A DNA stretch of 64,000 nt, taken from assembly GCF_009914755.1 (NCBI RefSeq), contig NC_060933.1; one strand, written 5' to 3'. The stretch is from the human T2T-CHM13v2.0 reference genome, Homo sapiens. Numbering within the stretch: position 1 is the first letter of the stretch; each line of letters starts with the position of its first letter. Positions 1-17,080 of this stretch are shown piece after piece. Under the pieces are notes generated by a model. It was given only the letters and a program-made list of their open reading frames with translations. It searched no databases and had not been told where the DNA came from. The position numbers and the translations under genes are program-made.

Positions 1-79
1 CCAATAGCCAATTTTCACTTATTACTCCTTACATTAAGCTACTATATAAAGTAATTTTTTTAAAATATATTTTTGAGTC

Positions 80-230
80 AGGCAGACTTTCACTTACAAG
101 TTACTTGATAGTCTCATCATTGGTGAAATGAGAATCATACCTAATTCACAGAGTTGTTGAGAGGAGCAAATGAGATCGGGGCCTATTGGGACACATAGCA
201 TTATAGTGAGTACATTATTAATGTTTATGT
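80..230 (+). mobile_element. MIR fragment
   Basis: CAAGTTACTTG..TCTCATC..TGAAATGAG..CACAGAGTTGTTGAGAGG. Confidence 0.5.
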
Positions 231-792
231 ATCTTCTCATATTTTAAATCTTGAAAAATGTACTGTGAATTTTATACACCCAGGTCTGAAAATTCTAAAT
301 AATGTGAAAGTAGAGATTATTTTGTAGTCTATTGATAAATAGTTCAAAGGATGCCAATACCTACAGACTGAGCATTGGGGAGTGCTGATAGTTATTTTTA
401 TAGATCTTGTTACCTTGTTAAATTCAAATATAAGTTAGTCAGATGAGCTTCTTTAAAGATATTCCATCTCATTATTTTATATTGATATATAATTTGGAAA
501 TTTTATAATTAATAGAATTTGCACATTTGGGAGATATGACTATGTTGACAATTTGGGCTTTTTATTTCCACCAAAAAGGTTAGGTATGGGGGATTTTATT
601 TATTTTTTAATGTTGAATTATAACTTTATTGCTGCAAAATAAATGACTGGTGATTGGCTGGAAGATTTAGATATTTTCAAAAAAGCCAGCTTTGTATAAT
701 CCCAAAGAGAGAGAGCAGGTCTCCTCTGGTTAGCTTCATTCTAAGCTGTGCTAAGAGGACTTGGTGAAGCTGAGGGCAACCTAAAAACAGCT

Positions 793-821
793 CTGGCCCT
801 GGCCCTGGCCCTGGCCCTGCC
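793..821. repeat. (CTGGCC)4 hexamer repeat
   Basis: ctggccctggccctggccctggccctgcc. Confidence 0.9.
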
Positions 822-1179
822 TTTATCAGAGAGGCTGCAACGTAGGTTAGTTATTTTTAGGTAGGTCAGAAACACCTGAAAGACGTTCTCCTTCCACAAA
901 TAGTACCTTACCTGTCTGACCATGCTTTTGTTAGTAAACTTTAATTTCCTTTTGCCTGAGGAGACTGTTACACGCTCTTGGCATCCAGGGTCATGCGTTT
1001 AGAGTGAAGGTTGAGGGGAAAGGGTGCCAAGAGGGTCACTTGACCATTTCTGCCAAATTTAAGGAGTGGGTTAATGAATTCCAGTGCAGGAAAGATTTGG
1101 GACAAGCTGCCCAATGAATGTTATGATAGAATGGTAAATTTTACATTCCTTTCATATTATTTAGAATTTATTTTAAAAA

Positions 1180-1286
1180 AGAGATGAGGTCTTGGTATAT
1201 TGCCTAGGCTTGTCTCAAACCAGCCTCAAACCTCTCTCGGCCTCCCAAAGTGCTGGGATTACAGGTGTGAGGCGCTGCACCCAGCC
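1180..1286 (-). mobile_element. Alu monomer (FLAM-like)
   Basis: CCTCCCAAAGTGCTGGGATTACAGG..CCCAGCC. Confidence 0.75.
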
Positions 1287-1378
1287 TAGAATTTTAGTCC
1301 CAGTGATCTCTGACAGTGAAATTCTGTACCATCAGAGATTAGTTGTTAGATTTAGGAGGGACCTTCTGAGTGATTTAG

Positions 1379-1767
<389 letters not shown>

Positions 1768-1879
1768 TAAGTATTTAAATCTACATTGTCATATATAACA
1801 ACTTTGTACTGTTGATGGAGAAACAGGGACTTAAAAATGTTGTCTTTCAAGTTCTTTTTTTATTCTTTTTCTTTAAGAC

Positions 1880-1989
1880 TGTTTATTGCTTTGGTTACCC
1901 AGGCTAGCCTCAAACTCCTGGCCTCAAGCTATCCTGCCTCAGCCTCCCAAAGTGCTGAGATTACAGGCCTGAGTCACTACGCCCGGGCT
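1880..1989 (-). mobile_element. Alu monomer fragment
   Basis: Left-arm consensus. Confidence 0.75.
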
Positions 1990-2204
1990 CAAGTTCTTAC
2001 TGTTGGTAAATGGCAGAGGTGAGACTGAATAACCAGGTCCAATGGATTGTTTTTTTTCTTAGAAAATACCATCATGCCTTGCTATCAAATATCAAACTAC
2101 CTTGGCTTTTTGAGTCGTTGGAGTTATTACATAAGCAGTCCCTACTTCTGTAATTAACTTCCTTGTGGGTAAGATACTGCTTCTCCAATACGCCCCCAAA
2201 TTAG

Positions 2205-2785
2205 GGTACAGATTTCTTCTACTGTAACAAAGACCAAAATATAATGTATACAAGATAGTTTATTATTAACAGAACATAAGCATGCTGGGGCTGATAGGCC
2301 GACTCCTCTCTCAACTTCTGTTGGTTGCTCTTCTCTCCTCAGGAACCTGTGTGTTCCCTCTCATAGTCCAAGATGGCTGATTTAGTTCTTGCCAACATAC
2401 CTGTATCCAAACCATCTAAAGGAATAAAGAGCTGGCACTGTAGCTTATGCCTGTAATCCCAGCTATTCCGGAGGCTGAGGTAGGAGGATCACGAGGCCAG
2501 GAGTTCAAGACCAGCCTGAGCAAGATGGCAAGACCCTGTCTCTTAAAAAAAAAAGAGAGAGGGACAAAGGGAGACTGTGACCACTTCTTTTAAGAGCATG
2601 ATCTGCAAGAGGTACACATTTTACTTTTGCTCATGTCCAGAACTTAGCTACATAGCCTGAGCTAGCTGCAAGAGAGAACTGAATATGTCATCTGTAGCTG
2701 TATGGCTATGTGTATACATAAACTCCAGCCACCCTGATACACAATGAGAGGGTGAATATTGGAGGACAGTCAGGAGTCTGCCACA
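2205..2785 (-). mobile_element. MLT1J/K-like LTR remnant interrupted by a FLAM/Alu monomer (2433-2555, +)
   Basis: CAAGATGGCTG, AGAACTTAG..CATAGCC..AGCTGCAAGAGAG..TCTGCCACA motifs. Confidence 0.6.
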
Positions 2786-2999
2786 AGACCCAAGAAATAA
2801 GTAGTTACCCTATGGCCTACTGACAGTGTCTTCAAAGCAAGGACCTGGTAGCTTTTCCATCACACAATAAAAATCCAGAGTCATCACAGACTTCAGGGTT
2901 CCTACTTATTAACCCTGTCTGCCCCATCTGAAGTAGCACCCCTGCCCCACTCTGCTGTCTTACTATGCATTCTTTTTCTTCATAACCTTTGTCTCTACT

Positions 3000-3500
3000 T
3001 AACCATGATATATTTTGTCTTCTCCATTAAAATATAAGTTCTCTGAAGACAGAGACTTGGTTGTGTTGATTGCTTCCAGCCCAGAGCCTAGAAAAATGCT
3101 GAGTACGTAGTAAGGACTCAGTAACTGTAGCATGAAAGAATGAATGCTCTTTCTCCCAACACCGACAGTGATTTGAGCATATTCCATTATTCATTTAATC
3201 CTTATTTACCTGTACTGTAAGCAAAGCACTATACTACATAGTTTGAGGAATGAAAAATATGGCCTGCATCTTATTCCACTCTGAAGAAAATCTACCAAGT
3301 GCTATAAAGTGGATCACAAAGACACAAGACAAATTTCAAAGTGCTGTAAATGACAGATTGAACACTACTGGAATTGAGAGGGATTGGGATCTACCTGGCA
3401 TCTGGAAGGCTTCCTGAAGTTATAAAATGTGGATATTCACAGTGAAAGAGGGAAAAGCATGCAGGCAGGCTGTCATAGGGTACTTAATAGGAAGTAGAAA
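3000..3500. mobile_element. L2 3' fragments (one + then one -)
   Basis: AAGTTCTCTGAAGACAGAGAC..GAATGAATG, followed by TTATTCATTTAAT..TATTTAC. Confidence 0.5.
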
Positions 3501-3861
3501 GGTTAAATATTTTTTAAATATTTAAATAAACAGCCAACTGATCAAAGACAGTCTGATCATGGGCAACTCAGGGTTTTGTTGGTAAAAGACTAACCAAGTT
3601 TAATGTGGATGAGAGTTAGCTATTTCTCCACAACCATGTTAGCAGGTTACAATAAAAGTAAGTTTAGGTCAAATTCTGCCTCACATACAGACATTTGTTA
3701 AACATCTATCACAAGCAAGCACAAAACTGTTCATTATAACTTGTTTCGTAAGCATGGTAGAATTCTAGCTCTTTATCATTTGGGTTAATTTGATCACACA
3801 TGAAAGGTTCACTTATACCAAAGGTGATGACATTCCCGAGGCTGGTTATCCTTTTTTTTAA

Positions 3862-4158
<297 letters not shown>

Positions 4159-4678
4159 TTTAAATGAGCATGAAACAACTAGAAATCCTTAGACCTATTG
4201 TCGGATCATAGGACTCTTAAGTGTTTAGGCTTTAGAAATCACCCCTAAGGATGTGGGGGATATTGGCCTTCCTGGATTCTTAAACCCAGATCATGAAATA
4301 ATGGGGACTGTCTGAACATTTTAACCACTCTATTAATACATATCTTGAAAACCTCTAATTTCTCAGAACCCATTTTTAACATTCTTCATGCTTATTACAA
4401 CCATCAATTTAATAAAAAACCAATTTCTGATATTCATGGTGCTAATTAACAAAGCTGCTGTGTGCTATTAATCAATATTAGCAGGACTTATGATAGCTAC
4501 CACTCTAGTATGGGCTTTACGTGAGCTACTAATTAGGGCAACTGACTGCACTAGTAATTTAACCTAGCATGTAATATCGTGCTTCTTATGCTGGAATATT
4601 TTAATGGTTTATAACAATGGCTAAAGACAGTAGTAAAAAAAATAATAGGAAGGTAAGTAGCCCCTAGGGTGGGGCTAG

Positions 4679-5334
<656 letters not shown>

Positions 5335-5705
5335 AGAGTTTTGTTTTTATCTTGTTTTTTAAGTGGCAGATTAGCACAAGTCGAACTTCAGTAAGATTCA
5401 TTTATTTGATTGTCGGATTTGGGGGAGGAGGGATGGAGTGTGTGAGAAAGAAACAAAAAGCAAGTAGATGAATAATAGAACTGTTGCCCTGCTAAGAACA
5501 GAAGTGGAGGAAAAGTACAAGAGCTATTATGTTGGTGCAAAAGCAATTGCGGTTTTTAGTAATGGCAAAAACCGTAATCACTTTCACACCTAACATTTAT
5601 ATGTAGAATATATAAAAATATTGATTCTGCCTCTCATTTGTGTAATGGTTGGGCTTTAGCATATCTCCTTTAATTTTTATAGGAGCTTTAGAAAATGGAT
5701 ATTCT

Positions 5706-6013
5706 GGCTGGGCGCGGTGACTCACGCCTGTAATCCCAGCACCTTGGGAGGCCGAGGCGGGCAGATCACCTGATGTCGGGAGTTCAAGACCAGCCTGACC
5801 AACATGTAGAAACCCCGTCTCTACTAAAAATACAAAATTAGCAGGGCTTGGTGGCGCATGCCTGTAATCCCAGCTACTCAGGAGGCTGAGGCAGGAGAAT
5901 CACTTGAACCCGGGAGGTGGAGTTTGTGGTGAGCCAAGAACACACCACTGCACTCCAGCAGCCGGGGCAATAAGAGTGAAACTCCATCTCAAAAAAAAAA
6001 AAAGAAAGAAAAG
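5706..6013 (+). mobile_element. Alu
   Basis: Consensus; TSD AGAAAATGGATATTC. Confidence 0.92.
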
Positions 6014-6149
6014 AAAATGGATATTCCTTTCCATTGAGGAAGATGGTTCAGAGAGATTAACTTGACTTGTCCAAAGTCACAAACCTAGTATATGATCCTG
6101 GAACTGAGACTCAGAGGCAGGCAGTGTTCTACACTGAAAAGAGCATAGG

Positions 6150-6965
<816 letters not shown>

Positions 6966-7119
6966 TAATTTAATGTACCATGTTATAGAACATATGAAAA
7001 GAAACAAAGTCTCATATGAAACCAACACTCAGACACAATTTAACTTGGGTATAATTCTTCCTGGTCTTTAAAAAAAAAAAATCCTCATTTTTTTATTTCA
7101 AAGTAAACAATTTAATTTT

Positions 7120-7800
7120 AAAATATAGTACAGCATTCATTAGCCCCTGTAAAGTAGAGTGATTTATTGATGAAGCTTTAGAATAATGAGTAGAGAAGTA
7201 CTTATATATTTGCCTATTGTTCAATAAGTGCACCATATCTTCCTGCACAGGTCCATGAATTCTCAATGCATCCTTTCTGGCTAATATCATATCCCAACCT
7301 GAGAAGAAAGAAGCAACACGGTTACTACTTCAAATTCTATAGCTCTTGGGAATTTGTATTGAAACAATATAGGTTATCTTGGCTATGCAGTTCCCTAGTG
7401 CTATTTATTTAATGCTAGTTACATTATTACTCCTGACTGTGCATCATACAGTGACTTCCAATGACGCTGTCAAAGATTGTTACCATGCTTCATTGATGAT
7501 GAAGACAAATGCAAGTCTTAACCAGAGTATGCAGGAAGATATGAATCCTAATTCATTTTCTAGTCATGTTAAATTTGCCATTTGGAATTTTATCACATAA
7601 AGGTAGAACAACACATTTTCCAACAGCGCCTTCTCTTGAGCTCTTTAAGCCATAATCACTGTTGACCACCCCCCTACCTTCCACATACTGCCAGGAGAAA
7701 GAAGGATAAATCAGGGCCCCATGGGCAAAGTCAGAGTGGCAGCCCCGTTCACACAAGAAATGTCTGTCCCTTGTTGGCACGACTTAAGGCCAGCCTCAGA
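7120..7800 (+). mobile_element. hAT-Tip100 (Zaphod-like) DNA transposon 3' relic with degenerate transposase dimerisation domain
   Basis: ORF 7379-7600 (FPSAIYLMLVTLLL..VTS..MKT..L.QSM.ED) resembles the hAT C-terminal consensus; TIR-like end TTAAGGCCAGCCTC at ~7784-7797. Confidence 0.5.
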
Positions 7801-8392
7801 GGACACGATGTGGCCACACAATCAGAGGCAAGATAGAGCCATCAGTTGATAGAGCCCGTTGGCATTGTGCAGCAAAAGTCTCAAAAGCCCTAGAAGGAGG
7901 CGGCCAGGTCAGCCCTGGAGGACTGCCTGATACAGAGCGCAAAGCCTGTAAAGGAGGGGGCACTGAGTCATGGGGCCCAGGGCAAGTTACCCACTTGCGA
8001 AACAGTCCAAATTGATCTGGACTACTCACACTGGCAGTATTAAAAAGAAGAGAAATGTGCATTGTTGTTAAGTCACTTTCTTATTTGTTCTGTTACAGTA
8101 GTGCAGAAATATTGTAATTAATATGCTCCCCTATATCAGATATTACCAACGTTTTTCATTTTCATACTCTGATAAAAATGGTACTTTATTTTTGCTTAAT
8201 TTGAACTTTTTGTTAGTAAGGTTGAGCCTGTATTTATGTTTCATGATCATTTGTGTTTCTTCTCTGAATTGCCTATTAATGTTCTGTGCCCACTGTTTTC
8301 TACTAGGGACTTTTTTAGGTTAAGTTTTAAGAGATATATATGATATCCCCTATAAGGTGACATTGTACGACACGCAATATAGGAGGTAGCTG

Positions 8393-8946
8393 TGTGTCTG
8401 CAGATGGTTCCTGCCGGTGGGTTCATGGTCTCGCTGACTTCAAGAATGAAGCCGTGGACCTTCGCGATGAGTGTTACAGCTATTAAAGGTGAGTGTTACA
8501 GCTCTTAAAGATGGCGTGGACCCAACGCGCGAGCGGTAGCGCCAGCGGTAGCAAGGTTTATTGTGAAGAGCGAAAGAACTAAGCTTCCACAGCGTGGAAG
8601 GGGACCCGACTGGGTTGCAGCTGCTGGCTGAAGTGGCCAGCTTTTATTCCCTTATTTGTCCCCTCCCATGTTCTGTTTCTGTCCTATCAGAATGCCCTTT
8701 TTTCAATCCTCCCCACCATTGGCTACTTTTAGAATCCTGCTGACTGGTGCATTTTACAGACTGCTGATGGATGCGATTTACAGAGTGCTGATTGGTGCAT
8801 TTTGTAGAGCGCTGATTGGTACGTTTTACAAACCTCTTGTAAGACTGGAAAATTCCTGATTGGTGTGTTTTACAATCCTCTTGTAAGACAGGAAAGTTCC
8901 CCAAGTCCCCACTCAAACCGGGAAGTCCAGCTGGCCTCACCTCTCA
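8393..8946 (-). mobile_element. Solo LTR, LTR12 (ERV9/ERV1) family, LTR12F-like
   Basis: On - it begins TGAGAGGTGAGGCCAGCTGGACTTCC and ends ...GACACA; repeated CCAATCAG units; 4-bp TSD GCTG at 8389-8392 and 8947-8950. Confidence 0.88.
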
Positions 8947-8979
8947 GCTGTCTGCCCTCCATATCTTTGATGAGGGAGA

Positions 8980-9052
8980 TCCAGTTGGCCCTCTGTATCT
9001 ATGGGTTCTGCAACTGGGGATTCAACCAACCACAGATTAAACCAACCACAGA
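8980..9052 (+). mobile_element. Tigger/MER2-group terminal fragment
   Basis: CAGTTGGCCCTCTGTATCTATGGGTTCTGC..GGATTCAACCAACCACAGAT. Confidence 0.55.
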
Positions 9053-9242
9053 TTATTAGTTGTTCACTGATTTATTTTACTGAATTGATAGTGTACACTG
9101 GAGCATACCATAAAAAAACTAAAACTAATATGAGCTCATTTCCAGTAGTCCATTCATGAAATCCTATAAGTACCATCATACTTAATGGTGAAAATTTGAA
9201 AATTTTTTTCTTAAAATCAGGAACAAGAAAAAGATGCTCACT

Positions 9243-9573
<331 letters not shown>

Positions 9574-10391
9574 AAGATGCTCACTTTCAATGATGAAGAT
9601 TCTAGGCAGTGTGACAGGCAAGGGGAAAAAAAAAATCCATTTCAGGAAAAGAAGGAATAAAGCCATCTTTTTTTTTTAAATGACATGAGAGAAATTTAAA
9701 AAGACCTAAGTAAATATGAGTTAGTTTTAGGGGTTTTTTTTCTAATGGTATGCTCTAGTATACATTATCAACTCAATAAAATAAGGTAGTAAAAAACTAA
9801 TAACAACTCTTGTAGAAAAACTGATGAAACCTATAAAAACCCTACTAGAACCAATAAGTGAGTTGACTGAGTTTGTGGGATACAAGGTCAATATACAAGA
9901 ATTAACTGTATGTCTATAGACTAGCAATAAAAAATCAGAAATTGAAAATAAAAACATTATTATTTTCAATGGCCTAAAAAACATGAAATTACTAGGAACA
10001 AACCTAACAAAAGATAGGAAAAACTTACACACCGAAACCTACAAAACATTGAGAGAAATTAAAGACCTAAGTAAATGGAGAGAGACACCTTGCTCATAAA
10101 TCAGAAACTCAATACTGTTAAGATATCAATTATCTCAAAATGATCTCTAGATTCAACGCAATCCAATCAAAATCCTAGCATGCATTGTTATAGAAATCAA
10201 CAAGCTGATTCCAAAATTGATATGGAAATTCAAAAGTCCTAGAGTATTCAAAACAACTTTGAAAAAGAAAACAACGTTGGAGGACTAACACTATCAGATT
10301 TCAAGAATTATTAGTAAAAACTCAAGTAATCAATATACCGAAGGTATTGGAATAAAAATAGATAAATTAATAGAACAGAACCAACAGTCCA

Positions 10392-10708
10392 GGCCAGGCA
10401 CAGTGGCTCATGCCTGTAATACCAATACTATGGGAGGCCAAGGCAGGTGAATCACTTGAGCCCAGCAGTTCGAGATCAGCCTGGGCAATATGGCAAAACC
10501 CTGTCTCTACCAAAAACTACAAGAATTAGCCAGGCATGGTGGCACATGCCTGTGGTCCCAGCTACTCGTGAGACTGAGGAAGTAGGATTGCTTGAGCCTG
10601 GGAGGAGGAGGCAGTGAGCGGAGGTTGCAGTGAGCCAAGATCATGCCACTGCACTCCAGCCTGGACAACCGATCGAGACACTGTCTAAAAAAAAAAAAAA
10701 AAAAAAAA
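10392..10708 (+). mobile_element. Alu (J-like)
   Basis: Consensus with poly(A). Confidence 0.9.
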
Positions 10709-10872
10709 GTCCAGAAACAGATACACACACCTCTGAACAACTAATTTTCAAAAAAACTGCCAAAACAATTTAGTGGAGAAATGACAGTCTTTTCATCTGG
10801 AACAACTGGACATCCATATGTCAAAAAAATGAGCTTCAATCCAAATTTTGCAACATGTGTAAACTAACTCAA

Positions 10873-11048
10873 GCCAGGCATGGTGACAGGTACCTATATT
10901 CCCAGCTACTTGGGAGTCTGAGGTAGGAGGATGGCTTGAGCTCAGGAGTTTGAAGCTATCTTGTGTTATGATCATGCCTGTGAATAGCCACTGCACTCCA
11001 GCCTGGGCAACATAGTAAGATCCCATCTCTAAGCAATAATAATAATTC
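10873..11048 (+). mobile_element. Alu monomer
   Basis: Consensus. Confidence 0.8.
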
Positions 11049-11984
11049 AGATCATAGACCTAAATGTAGAAACCAAACTATAAAACTCCTAGAAGGAAAC
11101 AGGGGAAAGTTTTTGTGACCTTGGCTTTGCAAAGATTTCTTAGATATGATGTCAAAAGCACAATTCATAAAATAGATTGTTCAATTGTATTTCATCAAAA
11201 TTAAGTAAACTTCTGCTCATTGAAAGACACTATTAAGAATAAAAAAAAAAAAAAGAGCTACCGACTGGTAGAAAATAGTTTCAGAGCATATATCTGTATC
11301 CAGAATATATAAAGTACTCTCAAAACTCAATAATTTAGAAAATAACACAAATTTTAAGTGAGCAAAAATTTTCAACAGAAAATTCACCAAAGAAGATACG
11401 CAGATGACAAATAAGCACAATAAGAAGTACTCAACATCATTAGTCATTAGAAAAATGCAAATTTAAACCATAATGCAATATTACTACACACTCCCTAAAA
11501 TGTCTAAAATGTAAAAGATTAATAGTACCAAGTGTTGACAAGGATGTGAAGGAACTGGAAGTCTCACACAAGGTTGGTGGAAATGTAAAATGATACATAC
11601 AATCATTTTGGAAAACAATTTGCCAGTTCCTTAAAAAGTTAAATATATATCCATCATAGGATACAGCTTTTCTATTCCTAGATATTTACTCAAGAGAATT
11701 GAATGCATAATTCTGTGCAAAGATTTTTTCATGGATGTTCATAGAAGCTTTACTTGTTAACCCCTAAATGAAAACAAACCAAATATCTGTTAATAGATGA
11801 AGAGATAAGCAAGCTATCGTAAATTCATGCAATGGAATATTGCATGGATAATCTCAAATAATTATGCTCAGTAACAGAAGTCAGACCCTTCCACCCCCCA
11901 AAACAGAATATGCTGTTTCATTTCATATATCTACAATTCTAGGAAATGCATACTAATTTATAGTGACAAAAATTACATCAGTGA

Positions 11985-12268
<284 letters not shown>

Positions 12269-12269
12269 T

Positions 12270-12430
12270 CAGAAAGGCCTGTGCTGGGCCCTGTGTGACT
12301 GCATGGTTGCATACACACGATGACAGTCATAAATCTTCATCATGGTTCTTGGAACTAAAGAGGAAAGTTTGGAGTAACGTATTACATGGAATATCTTTTG
12401 TTGATACTACTTCCTGGGAGTCACCATAAG
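12270..12430 (-). mobile_element. Possible MER45-like hAT-Tip100 fragment
   Basis: TGGGCCCTGTGTGACTGCATGGTTGCA resembles the MER45-family terminus. Confidence 0.3.
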
Positions 12431-13431
12431 GCTCTTTTAATATAGAGTAAGCAAAAACCCAGACCCAAAAATCCTCTAGAAAATATCCTCGCCTTTAAAA
12501 TTCTAAATGACTCATTTGTCATCATTGTAGAGGGAGGAGAACAATTTCTCAGCTGATCATAACCCATAGTTGTTGTGAGGTTAGAGCCAAAGTCTAGTCT
12601 TACAAATCATTCCTCTCTGACTACATAAACCGGGGAAGAAGAATGCCGAGATTAATGAATTAATTACCATGTGTCTCCTCATGGAGATCAGAAAGTTAAT
12701 TGCTTCTTTTTGTCCTTCTTATCAGAATGTGGAAATATAAAACTACTCTGTATAAGATTGGATTCAGTTTACAAAAATAAGCCTGAAGCCTTTGAACTCA
12801 GGGGGCCCAGGTGGAGAGATTCTGTTCATTATCTGTCCTCCTGCCTCCAGCCTGTGCCATAGACTCCAAATGGATGAAAGCTCTGTATAGAGAGGTTGTA
12901 TTACCATGGAGTACAATATCTGTCAGATTTGAGTAGAGGTGAACACAGTGGAGGAGAATAAAGAGAGAGCTGAGTTCTGTCTCAGTGAGCACGACAAAAG
13001 GCCGATGAACCTGTCAGAGGGCAGAAGTGGACCCCAAAGGCTTGTTCCCGCGGACTTTGCTGGTTGACTGTTCTTTGCATTAATCTGGAATCATGGCGCA
13101 CCATTACTCTTTTCATGTTGTGATATTCTCTTCACATTCTCTTCCTTGCTCCTCAATGCCAAATGTGTGACTTTTCAGAAACAAAATATTGAGGAATTTA
13201 AAGTGAGCATGCTGTAGCAACCAGTGAGATGCATGGAAAATCATAAGCTGTTGAAAAACTGGGATTGGGATTTGTTGCTGGGGGCATAAATTTTGTGTGT
13301 ACATCCAAAGAATACTCCATGCTCTGAGACTTAGAATATAGTCATGTTGTGTGAATTTATGAATTATATTGAGTAGAAAATATATATATATAGTCATTTG
13401 ACATTAAGAGACAATGAATATATAAGTGTTT

Positions 13432-14226
13432 GACTGGACTGGCCAACATAGTGAAACCCGTCTCTGCTAAAAATGCAAGAATTGGCCAGGCATGGTGGTT
13501 GGTGCCTGTAAGCCCAGCTACTCGGGAGGCTGAGGTGGGAGAATCGCTTGAACCCAGAGGCGGGGTTTGCAGTGAGCCGAGATCACGCACTGCACTCTAG
13601 TCTGGGCGACAGAGCAAGACTCCATCTCAAACAAACAAACAAACAAGCAAAAAACACATAAATAAATAGTTACAAAAGCAACAAAAAAGTGACAATAAAA
13701 TGACACTGTTAACTGGAGCTATTTGGATATGTGTTGTTTTTATTTTTTCCATTTATTGTACTTCTCTCTCTCACCTTAGAAAAAAAAAAGGTTGAAAGAT
13801 TGTGGCTCTGCCAGACGTGGTGGCTCACACCTATAATCCCAGCAATTTTGGAGGCAGAGATGGTAGAATCACTTGAGCGCAGGAGTTCAAGGTCAACCTG
13901 AACAACATAGCAAAACCTCGTCACAGGCCATGCACAGTGGCTCACGCCTGTAATCCCAACACTTTGGGAGGCCGAGGTGGGCGGATCACTTGAGGTCAGG
14001 AATTTGAGACCAGCCTGCTCAACAGGACAAAACCCCATCTCTACTAAAAATACAAAAATTAGCCTGGCATAGTGGCAGGCGCCTGTAATCCCAGCTACTT
14101 GGAGGCTGAGGCAGGAGGATCCCTTGAACCCGAGAGACGGAGGTTTCAGTGAGTCGAGATCCCACCACTGCACTCCAACTTGGGTGACAGAGCGACATTC
14201 CATCTCCAAAAACAAAAAACAAAAGC
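13432..14226 (+). mobile_element. Alu group (13432-13652 truncated; 13808-13925 monomer; 13927-14226 full)
   Basis: Consensus. Confidence 0.88.
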
Positions 14227-14371
14227 ACGACAACAATAAGCTTTTGGTCTTGTCAGGAATAAGCCATAAAAATTGATCATTCTACTGAAAGTTTTGGTTT
14301 TTTCTTTTTGAAGAAAATCTATTAAAGCTGTCTAAACATGAGAAAAATGCTCAATAGAAAATGTAGGAAGT

Positions 14372-15634
<1,263 letters not shown>

Positions 15635-15856
15635 TTAGCAGAATAGGTATAAATAATTTAAAACAATTCTGTTCTATTAAAATGAACAAAATAGTCTGGG
15701 GGGATAAATCCAAGGTTCATTAAAATTACTATGTCCCCCACCCCACATTATATTCTAGAAAAATGGTCAAAAACGACTATCGGTCAATGAAACTACAATT
15801 TTTATTTAACTTACCATAGATAAATTAGATACCGCGGCCTAAAAAATGTGACATCT

Positions 15857-16980
<1,124 letters not shown>

Positions 16981-17080
16981 TGGGCTTGTCTGAGTATCTG
17001 GCGGGGGACAGCATATGGAGTCCTTAGAGAAAGAGGAGTAGCCACAGTATACTGAGATCAGCAACACAGTCAAGAGACTG

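Noticed and set aside
1-700. Possible SMC5 3'UTR tail with AATAAA at 638-643
   Set aside because: No SMC5 exon is in the window and the position rests on memory, so it cannot be supported as a feature.
8730-8895. Regularly spaced repeats (GCTGATTGGTGC..TTTTACA) resembling a CRISPR-like array
   Set aside because: These are the normal internal tandem CCAAT repeats of LTR12-family LTRs; the DNA is eukaryotic and there are no cas genes.
13008-13026. CTCF-like motif CTGTCAGAGGGCAG (similar ones at ~31500-31517 and ~51566-51582)
   Set aside because: Only partial core matches; cannot be judged without a PWM scan or ChIP data.
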